A DNA stretch of 32,000 bases. It comes from Nostoc punctiforme PCC 73102. GTDB taxonomy: Bacteria > Cyanobacteriota > Cyanobacteriia > Cyanobacteriales > Nostocaceae. Below are positions 1 through 6,994 of this stretch, piece by piece (position 1 is the stretch's first letter; each line of letters opens with the position of its first letter). Below the pieces are notes generated by a model. That model was given only the letters and a program-made list of their open reading frames with translations. It did not search any database and had not been told where the DNA came from. The translations under genes were made by a program, and so were the position numbers. The DNA is taken from positions 6,960,001-6,992,000 of the forward strand of contig NC_010628.1 of NCBI RefSeq assembly GCF_000020025.1. The letters run 5' to 3'.

Positions 1-1
1 C

Positions 2-367
2 TCAATTAATGTTCGCCGCTTTTTAGCTCTGACCCTTGAAAAGGGAGGTTATCAAGTAGAGCAAGCTAAAGATGGTCAAGATGCTTTAGAAAAACTCCAT
101 AGTGGATTGAGAGTTGAGGCAGTAATTTGTGATATTGAAATGCCTCGCCTTGATGGTTATGGTTTTTTGGGTAAGGTAAATTCAGATGTTGATACAAAAA
201 ATATTCCAGTTGCAATGCTGACTTCTCGTAGCAGCAATAAACATCGGCAACTAGCTATGCAATTGGGGGCGCGGGCTTACTTTTCTAAACCTTATAATGA
301 GCAAGAATTATTGCAAACGTTGGAGGAAATAATTCGGAATGTGGCAGAAAAGGCAGCTTCTAATTGA
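2..367 (+). CDS. Response-regulator receiver (CheY-like REC) domain; 3' part of a gene that starts left of the window
   Basis: The frame is open from base 2 (INVRRFLALTLEKGGYQVEQAKDGQDALEKL...). Receiver hallmarks are present: the phospho-acceptor region VICDIEMPRLDG, a conserved T in MLTSRS and a conserved K in YFSKP. The TTG at 107 in the ORF track is not the real start. Confidence 0.8.
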   Translation, partial: SINVRRFLALTLEKGGYQVEQAKDGQDALEKLHSGLRVEAVICDIEMPRLDGYGFLGKVNSDVDTKNIPVAMLTSRSSNKHRQLAMQLGARAYFSKPYNEQELLQTLEEIIRNVAEKAASN

Positions 368-399
368 TAATTCATAATTTGAAACAAGAATGCGACAAG

Positions 400-650
400 A
401 AGACCATTTTTAGAGACGCGATTCATCGCGTCTTTACCCAAGGGGATATTGCAATTATTAATTGAATTGATATTAGTATCCTGGCGGCTAGAAGTCTCGG
501 CTACACAGACAAAACCCGCACTTCTCTACGAGACGCTGCGCGTAGCTTGCTTCCACGAAGTGGTACGACAAGCTCAGTGACCGCCTGTGCGGGTTAAAAG
601 CTACTGGCAAAAATTTGGTTTTTGAGACGCGATAAATCGCCGTCTCTACA
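400..650. repeat. Composite dispersed intergenic repeat (hairpin / MITE-like)
   Basis: Two GAGACGCGAT..ATCGCGTCTC-type hairpins (414-433 and 624-646) flank a long stem made of AACCCGCAC (513-521) and GTGCGGGTT (587-595). The core CTCTACGAGACGCTGCGCGTAGC (524-546) recurs as an exact reverse complement at 20554-20576. Confidence 0.7.
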
Positions 651-1233
651 ATTATTTTGGTATTATCTGAACTGTATTGATTGATATCACTAATAATCGT
701 CTAGCTTTTTCGTGATACTATTTGTGTCAATTGAAATAATCTCTACATCAACTCAGTTTGTAGTGAATTTATGGTAACTGTAACACTGACGGCTGTAGCA
801 ACTACACTTTGGACTAAGCCTCTGGAGAAAATTGGCGAAAACATTGGTGATGCTGCATGGATGCAAAGTGGCAAGTTAATAGAAAAGCTCCAACACAAAT
901 AGGTCATTAGAGCATGATGCTTTTCTAGAAAATGCAAGAGGAAGAAATCTTCTTCAAGACAAATAAAACTATTTTGGGATAAGTGGAAAGTGACTAACGA
1001 AGAAATGGAAAAAATGGCACTTAATATTTGCTAATTGTTATAACCTGCAAGTTGCTAACAGCGTACTACAAGTAAAAAAATATGAGTCTCTTTTTTTGGA
1101 AAAGCCACAGTGCCAGGTAACGGAAACGTAGACACCGCAATACTTCGTGGAAAATGGCTTGTTTGTGAATCTTCACAATTTTCTGTAAGCTTTATATGTT
1201 AGACTTTACAAGTCTGGACGCGGGAGAAGATAT

Positions 1234-3186
1234 CTAAAGTCTATTGGTGTTGGTTGGTGGGCAGAACGAACAAGTCTGGACGCGAGAGAAGAGATTTGTA
1301 TTTAGAATTGTGGAATTAGGCAGCCAAGGCAGGTGTCCGTAGGAGGTACTTGTAGTATACGTAATCTCGTGACGGTCGAGCCATCGCTTCTCCATCGTTT
1401 CTTCTTGTTTAAATCCAAACCATAAATCTTTTACAACTTTCTCATCCTTGCGCCAGCTAATGCGATCGCCAAACTTGTCGTAGTCTCTTCCGACGCTTTC
1501 CCAAATGCGCTTTTGCACGCTAAATCCAAAACGCCCATTGCTATATTTTACCCACAGTTGGTCAATAGTGCGTAAGTCAGTACAAGGAAAGTTTTCAATA
1601 GATTCACTACTTAACCAGCCATCTTTTTCTCTGCCAGTAGCTTTGAGCATAACTGCTAAAGTTTCTTGATCTGCTTCTTTCCACTTTCCAGCTTTGAGTA
1701 AATCGTGTAACCGCGTATAGTCTACACCATTCTCAGAAATCAGGTCATCATTTTTTTGTTGTCGTGGGCGTTGCAGTGTTTCTGCTTCTTGTTGTCGTAC
1801 CTGCTCGGCTTTTTGTTGTTCTCGTTGTAGCCGCAACCTTTTTGCTTCTTCTCGTTGGCGTTTTAGTCTTTCTCCTTCTTGTTGTTGTCGTATTCTCTCG
1901 GCTTCTTCTATTGGAGCTAAAATTATTTCTTCAATTCTCTTTACATGCTCATTCTTAAGTCCTAACAACTGCTGGAACTGTTTTAATCCATTGTGTACAT
2001 ATTCATCTAGAGGATATTGTGCTTGAACTGCTTTTTTAAATTTCTGCTCATAACGCCGCAGGTTATTTCCGTACTCTTCTTTTTCTTGTTGTTTCTGTAT
2101 CTGAAGCTGTTTTTGATATTCCGCTTCTTTAATAGATGTAATCTCTAACTCAATCTGTGCTACATCCTCATCTCTTAAACCTAAAATATCCTGCTGATAA
2201 TCCTTCAGTTTATTCAGAGTAAATTCATATAGTGGATATTTTTGTTCAACAGCCTTGGCAAAAGCTTGTTTATAACTTTTTAAATTTGCAACTCGTCTAC
2301 GTAAAGGTTCTAAGACATCAGTTTCTATTTTCTCGGCTTTTTCATCTGTAAGTTCAAATGTTTTCCGTTTTGGCTTTAAAATTAAGAAAGCAAATTCATC
2401 AAGTTCACCATCTTCTTTGACATATTTTTCAACAAGCTTGCGATACTCTGCTTCTGGATTCTTTGGAGCATGAGCTAGAAAAATATTGTATCCTTCTTTA
2501 TCCAGAATGATATCTGGTGTCATATTAGACTTCACTATTTTGACTTTTGCCTTGGCGTAAGCATGCAATTCATGTACATAAATATTGCCATCGTTATCTT
2601 TGTCTGCTGCGCCTGTTTCAATTCCCTCAACTAAATACTGAGTGTAGAGCGAAAGTGTTGAACCTTCTTGTTCAAAAGAAGTTTGAGTTGCACTTGAAGA
2701 TGTGAGAACAACTCGTCCCTCCGCGCCTAACTGCTTCTTGATATCAACACCGACACTTTTTGTTCGCCAACCTTGAGCGATCGCACCACTGTAGCAAGCA
2801 TCTAAAATCAAAACTTGCCGTTTAGCATAGCAATTATTTGATTGTCCTCGGATGAAATTTGCGTCTACAGCAGTAGCTTCAAAATCTTCTTTAGCTGTAT
2901 TTCGAGTCGCTAAATAGAGATGATCTTCATCATTAGTAATACCATGACCAGAAAAAAAGAATAATACTAAGTCATCTTTTCCAGCTTCTCTAAACAGCTT
3001 TTGAATTGCCTTTCGCATGGCGATCGCATCGGGATTCAGCAGCCGTTCAATCTGCTCAAAACCTCCCAGGTTTGGGTTTTGCAAAACTCGCTGCATAGCT
3101 TCCACATCATTGAGAGCAGATGACAGGGGCGGGATACCTTCACCATACTCACTGACTCCAATCAGCAGCGCTATCTTCTTAGACAT
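1234..3186 (-). CDS. Orthocaspase (peptidase C14 caspase-like domain) fused to two ~70-aa helical repeat modules, a Q/E/R-rich coiled coil and a C-terminal GUN4-like domain
   Basis: The caspase His/Cys dyad contexts are FFFSGHGITN and LILDACYSGA. The middle has a duplicated module (KQAFAKAVEQKYPLYEF...LGLRDEDV and EQKFKKAVQAQYPLDEY...LGLKNEHV). The GUN4-like C-terminus reads DYTRLHDLLKAGKWKEADQET...FPCTDLRTIDQLWVKYSNGRFGFSVQ. The likely start is the ATG at 3186; the ORF track uses an upstream GTG at 3195. The ATG overlaps the stop of the upstream gene (ATGTCTAA). Confidence 0.88.
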   Translation of the reverse strand: MSKKIALLIGVSEYGEGIPPLSSALNDVEAMQRVLQNPNLGGFEQIERLLNPDAIAMRKAIQKLFREAGKDDLVLFFFSGHGITNDEDHLYLATRNTAKEDFEATAVDANFIRGQSNNCYAKRQVLILDACYSGAIAQGWRTKSVGVDIKKQLGAEGRVVLTSSSATQTSFEQEGSTLSLYTQYLVEGIETGAADKDNDGNIYVHELHAYAKAKVKIVKSNMTPDIILDKEGYNIFLAHAPKNPEAEYRKLVEKYVKEDGELDEFAFLILKPKRKTFELTDEKAEKIETDVLEPLRRRVANLKSYKQAFAKAVEQKYPLYEFTLNKLKDYQQDILGLRDEDVAQIELEITSIKEAEYQKQLQIQKQQEKEEYGNNLRRYEQKFKKAVQAQYPLDEYVHNGLKQFQQLLGLKNEHVKRIEEIILAPIEEAERIRQQQEGERLKRQREEAKRLRLQREQQKAEQVRQQEAETLQRPRQQKNDDLISENGVDYTRLHDLLKAGKWKEADQETLAVMLKATGREKDGWLSSESIENFPCTDLRTIDQLWVKYSNGRFGFSVQKRIWESVGRDYDKFGDRISWRKDEKVVKDLWFGFKQEETMEKRWLDRHEITYTTSTSYGHLPWLPNSTILNTNLFSRVQTCSFCPPTNTNRL

Positions 3187-3586
3187 TCCCGCCACCCATT
3201 GCTGCTAATAAGTCTTTTGCCACTCTCTCACTTTCTAGTAGCTCTTTTCGGCTTTTAGCTTCAATATTGACTTCTTTATCGCCAACTTTGACAGTAATTT
3301 TTATCGGTTTGTCACCCAGGCGATCGCCCAAGAAGCTTAAAAACCCTTTGACATTCTTTATACTCACCTCAGCCGTCAGCACTCCGATCAAAGTGGCAAA
3401 TCCTGGCTTGCTTCCCACTTCTGGGTTCAAATCTTCGGCGCGATCGGCCTTCTCCACCTCATCCAGATCCCTAATTTCCCGCAGCAGCTTGCTAGCTATT
3501 TTTTGCCGTCTCTCATCATCTAACTCTGGGTCATCAACGGCAAAGGTGAACTGAATCGTGGGTTTGCCTGTCATCATAACCTCCAA
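3179..3586 (-). CDS. Small EACC1-like protein (effector-associated constant component 1), co-transcribed with the orthocaspase
   Basis: The ORF is 135 aa. It has an acidic N-terminal helix (DDPELDDERRQKIASKLLREIRDLDEVE), a central G-rich hydrophobic segment (GSKPGFATLIGVLTAEVSIKNVKGFLSFLGDRL) and a C-terminal beta segment (IKITVKVGDKEVNIEAKS). This layout matches the EACC1 family as I remember it. Its stop overlaps the caspase start codon by 8 nt. Confidence 0.65.
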   Translation of the reverse strand: MEVMMTGKPTIQFTFAVDDPELDDERRQKIASKLLREIRDLDEVEKADRAEDLNPEVGSKPGFATLIGVLTAEVSIKNVKGFLSFLGDRLGDKPIKITVKVGDKEVNIEAKSRKELLESERVAKDLLAAMGGGNV

Positions 3587-3694
3587 ATTCCCCTTAGATA
3601 CACGGCATTTTAGACTACACCGTAAAATTCTACGATTTCGGATAAAAAAAAGATAGTCTACAAAAAATATTAGGTAAAAAAATTGTTGTTTCCT

Positions 3695-4020
3695 TACGAA
3701 CGCTTATCCGTTGGTAACAAAAACTTATGCGTTCGTTACCAACACAATTTGTTTCGTTCAGAACGCTTATGCAATTGTTAACAACACAAGTTGTTTCGTT
3801 CAGAACACTTATGCGCTCGTTGACAACACAACTTGTTTTGTTCAGAACGCTTATGCAATTGTTAACAACACAACTTGTTTTGTTCAGAACGCTTATGCAA
3901 TTGTTACCACAACTTAAGTAAAGCTTATCAATGAAGTTGTTTCGTTACCAGAGTTTATCTATTTGTGACAAACACTTATGCGATCGTTAACAACACTTAA
4001 ATAAAACTTATCAATAAAGC
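3695..4020. repeat. Tandem repeat array, 42-bp period, with five well-conserved units at 3721-3930 and degenerate flanking copies
   Basis: The motif CTTATGC recurs at 3724, 3766, 3808, 3850 and 3892, exactly 42 bp apart. Related CTTATCC or CTTATCA copies lie at 3703, 3924 and 4007, and another CTTATGC at 3975. The unit is about ACGCTTATGCAATTGTTAACAACACAACTTGTTTTGTTCAGA and contains the adjacent palindromes CAATTG and GTTAAC plus the dyad AACAAC-ACAA-GTTGTT. Confidence 0.9.
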
Positions 4021-4272
4021 TAGTATGAATTGATACTTTACAAGTAGTCTTTAAAACTATAGCAAATAGCGATCGCAAAATTTGACTGCATACTAAAGCG
4101 TTTCTAGCGATACAGGCAAGATTTCACAGCCTTCTGAAAATTATTCAATTAGATTTTGAATCTCTGCGTTATCAAAATCCGCTTGGCAAATTAATTTTAA
4201 ACATTATGATGTATCTATGTAATTGTACAAGTATTTTTTTATTCCTTTAGAAATTAATACCAGGAGTTTTAA

Positions 4273-5046
4273 GTGACAAAAAACAATAAAAAAAAGGCTA
4301 TCGTTCAAGCTATTTTCACAGCCGTTGCCTTGGGTTTGGTGATAATGCAAGTGGAATCAGCCCAAGCTGCGACTTTGACGGTTAACAATCTTGATGACAG
4401 TGGTGTTGGCTCGTTGCGAGACACTATCAACATTGCAAGTAGCAATGACGTGGTAGAGTTCTTATTGGGTAGTAATCCCAGTACAATTACACTGACGAGT
4501 GGGGCACTTGCGATGCCTGCGGCGGGCTATGCCTACGTAAATAACCTAACTATCAATGGCCCAGGTAGTAATTTACTTACCATTAGTGGCAATAATCAAT
4601 TCCCCGTGTTTAACATTAACGCCGCAGATGTTACACTTTCCGGGCTAGCGATCGCTGGTGATATCAATGGTTACAATTCTAGTAACGTAACGTTTTTCAA
4701 TAGTACTGTTAACGACAACGTGAAAATAGATAACAGTACTGGTAACGTAACGTTTATTAATAGCACTATCAACGGCAATAGTGTGCAGATTAATGCTAAT
4801 ACATTGACGCTGATTAATGATAGTAATGTAACAGTTCCAAGTAACCCGATCGGCGGCGGCAATTCTGGGCAAAGCAGTAGGGGTGGCAATATTTCAATTG
4901 GAGCAGGCACCATCACTATTACAAGCCCTAACGTTACTCTGAGACAAGTACCCGAACCAAGTGCGATCGCTGGTGTTATACTTGCTGGTGGTCTGGCTTG
5001 GTTAGCGAAGAGAAAGCAAACCCCACTTTGTAAAGCAAAAGTATAA
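4273..5046 (+). CDS. Secreted PEP-CTERM-anchored protein with parallel beta-helix-like N/S/T-rich repeats
   Basis: A GTG start follows an AGGAG ribosome-binding site. The signal peptide is KKAIVQAIFTAVALGLVIMQVESAQA. Repeated NxTxxNSTVN motifs are present. The C-terminal PEP-CTERM sorting signal is VPEPSAIAGVILAGGLAWLAKRK. Confidence 0.85.
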   Translation: MTKNNKKKAIVQAIFTAVALGLVIMQVESAQAATLTVNNLDDSGVGSLRDTINIASSNDVVEFLLGSNPSTITLTSGALAMPAAGYAYVNNLTINGPGSNLLTISGNNQFPVFNINAADVTLSGLAIAGDINGYNSSNVTFFNSTVNDNVKIDNSTGNVTFINSTINGNSVQINANTLTLINDSNVTVPSNPIGGGNSGQSSRGGNISIGAGTITITSPNVTLRQVPEPSAIAGVILAGGLAWLAKRKQTPLCKAKV

Positions 5047-5177
5047 TTACATATTTAAAGTAGTGATTAGCAAAGATTCTGAATGAGACTTTTCATACAT
5101 AGCTATCAGGGTATACTTCTGAATCTAGAATTGAAAAACGCAGCAGTTAATAATAAATCAGCAAATAGTTTAAAAAT

Positions 5178-5205
5178 GTGGAGGTTGACTTGTGTCAACC
5201 TCCAC
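5178..5205. terminator. Bidirectional rho-independent terminator between convergent genes
   Basis: This is a perfect 12-bp stem, GTGGAGGTTGAC-TTGT-GTCAACCTCCAC. It is flanked by TAAAAAT on the left and AAAATTTTGTTT on the right, giving a U-tract on both strands. Confidence 0.75.
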
Positions 5206-5277
5206 AAAATTTTGTTTGATGATTGCTGTAAATACTAAATCAATTTTCTGAAACTAAAATACTCCCAGCAATCTTTA

Positions 5278-5562
5278 TTAAGCCTCTACTTTTACACCCT
5301 TCCAGAATGCCACATAACCCTCAATATTCTTAGCCTTCTCCTTGGTGCTGGGATAGTACCAAGCAGCATCTTTGTTGATTTGTCCATCAACCTCAATACT
5401 GTAGTAGCTAGCGACACCCTTCCAAGGACAAGTAGTGTGGGTATTACTGTCTGTGAAGTACTCCTTGTTAATGGTGTCAGCAGGGAAATAATGGTTGTTT
5501 TCCACAACTACGGTGCGATCGCTTTCGGCTAAAACTGCGCCATTCCAAATTGCTTTCGGCAT
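5278..5562 (-). CDS. DUF427 domain protein
   Basis: MPKAIWNGAVLAESDRTVVVENNHYFP...TTCPWKGVASYYSIEVDGQINKDAAWYY is the characteristic DUF427 pattern. The ATG at 5562 is preferred over the GTG at 5589 used in the ORF track. Confidence 0.8.
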   Translation of the reverse strand: MPKAIWNGAVLAESDRTVVVENNHYFPADTINKEYFTDSNTHTTCPWKGVASYYSIEVDGQINKDAAWYYPSTKEKAKNIEGYVAFWKGVKVEA

Positions 5563-6140
5563 AAGTGAGTTTGCAAATAAACTATACACTTAACATTTTG
5601 ACACGATCGGCTTATTTTATCCTCCCGAACGCCTAACTTACACCAGAGTCCATCTAATCTCAAATCAATAATCAATAAGGTTTATAGAAAATTTTGCAAT
5701 GCCAGTATTAATTAGCATCACTTTTGCTTATCAAATTAAAAATTAAAAGTATTTGCTTCTATCGGAAAGATTTCCTAGCATATTGGTATGGAAACTTTAA
5801 GTAGCTAAAAAAAGTTGGATTTCAGTTTATAGCCAAAAGTAAAAAATCTCTAGAAGGGAAAATCGTTATTACATATATATGAGCGATCGCACCTTTGAGA
5901 GCGGCTAGTAAACAAGATATTTAATTTAGCGCACTTTTGCATTTTCTAAGTTTTTACTTACTAAATCTTTTACAAATTTTCAACTCCTGAGAGTGGGGTT
6001 AATTTGACTTAGCTATTTGGTGTAATTAATAAATCAAGCTATCAAATAAACTGAGTGAAAAATGTTGAGATTTATAAAAACCAGACTCTGCAACTAAATA
6101 ATACTGACTGGTGTACTTCGGTTTAATTAAGGATAACTGT

Positions 6141-6368
6141 ATGAAAATTCCAAACTTGATAAATTCTGCACATCTTGTTGCTTGGATTAATTCTATGCCT
6201 AAAATCACTAGTGCTCATACAGCCAATAATCAAAAATCTGACGCATCAGTGAACACATTCGTCAACTCTGACGTTTTATCTAGCTATTCCAAGAATGTAA
6301 ATTCTCTCAAATCATTTGATACTGCTTCTCTTGCATATCAAATGATGGGCCTGAGTAATTTTGATTAA
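6141..6368 (+). CDS. Small hypothetical protein (75 aa), shorter paralog of the next gene and possibly decaying
   Basis: MKIPNLINSAHLVAWINSMPKITSAHTANN aligns with MKLTNFINSALIVACIAFVPGIVDAQTVNN of the downstream ORF. SLKSFDTASLAYQ aligns with YLQPFNIAFLAYQ. The ATG at 6141 is preferred over the GTG at 6111. Confidence 0.35.
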   Translation: MKIPNLINSAHLVAWINSMPKITSAHTANNQKSDASVNTFVNSDVLSSYSKNVNSLKSFDTASLAYQMMGLSNFD

Positions 6369-6477
6369 AGAATATTTCGGAAGATATGAACTGAATGCCA
6401 ATAGCCTAAGATTACTAAAAAAAAGAATTTTGTTACTAGATGAAACTAATGAATCTAGCTTAATTGAGGAAAAAATT

Positions 6478-6849
6478 ATGAAACTGACAAATTTTATAAA
6501 TTCTGCACTTATCGTTGCCTGTATTGCTTTTGTGCCTGGAATTGTTGACGCTCAAACAGTTAATAATAATGGCAGACAAACCAACACAGATTTGCAAAAT
6601 GCCAGCTATCTTCAACCTTTCAATATTGCCTTTTTAGCTTATCAAGGTGCTTTCCGAGAACAGGGTATTCCCAGTGCGGGTACTTTGTTATCTGAATTCC
6701 AAATAGGAAACCTAACAGCGAAAGATATAGTGCAGGCTGCTATCAAGGCTAATAAGTTACCAACGCAAGTTTTGAGCGATCGAGGTTATGTTAATGCGGT
6801 CGAGTCGCAGGTGACATCAATGATCAATGGTAATGACATCGGTAGCTAA
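6478..6849 (+). CDS. Small secreted hypothetical protein (123 aa)
   Basis: The ATG at 6478 follows a GAGG ribosome-binding site. The signal peptide is MKLTNFINSALIVACIAFVPGIVDA. The TTG start at 6361 in the ORF track adds an implausible N-terminal extension. Confidence 0.5.
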   Translation: MKLTNFINSALIVACIAFVPGIVDAQTVNNNGRQTNTDLQNASYLQPFNIAFLAYQGAFREQGIPSAGTLLSEFQIGNLTAKDIVQAAIKANKLPTQVLSDRGYVNAVESQVTSMINGNDIGS

Positions 6850-6994
6850 AGATGAGTAAAAAAACAGGGAGCAGGGAGCAGGGGGACAAGGGGGAATTAT
6901 TGAACAAGCTCTCTCTCCCTTGTCTCTTCTTCATGCCCCCTGTCTCTTAAATCAAACTCACCTATCCCTAGTTACTCATCGGATTGGGCATGAA

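Noticed and set aside
107-367. TTG start at 107 for the response-regulator ORF
   Set aside because: The reading frame is open to the window edge, and the receiver domain clearly begins upstream, so the gene is truncated by the window.
414-646. Hairpins at 414-433 and 624-646 as rho-independent terminators of the response-regulator gene
   Set aside because: Both are copies of a dispersed GAGACGCGAT..ATCGCGTCTC repeat and lack a convincing U-tract. A terminator role is possible but cannot be separated from repeat-element origin.
743-937. 64-aa minus-strand ORF
   Set aside because: It has no recognisable motif and no ribosome-binding site. It overlaps the more protein-like, though itself doubtful, plus-strand fragment at 771-902.
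1764-1958. 64-aa plus-strand ORF rich in L, V and F
   Set aside because: It is antisense to the Q/E/R-rich coiled-coil segment of the orthocaspase gene and is a low-complexity mirror artefact.
3711-3921. Two overlapping ORFs of 68 and 64 aa with repetitive sequence
   Set aside because: They arise from the 42-bp tandem repeat, which is a multiple of 3 and therefore keeps frames open. They have no ribosome-binding site and a low-complexity periodic sequence.
6850-6994. G-rich and C-rich imperfect inverted repeat (CAGGGAGCAGGGAGCAGGGGGACAAGGGGGA ... TCTCCCTTGTCTC ... CCCCCTGTCTC) as a specific regulatory element
   Set aside because: It looks like the common Nostocales GGGGACAAGGGG-type intergenic repeat. 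It probably acts at most as a terminator between the convergent genes, and nothing here is specific to this locus.
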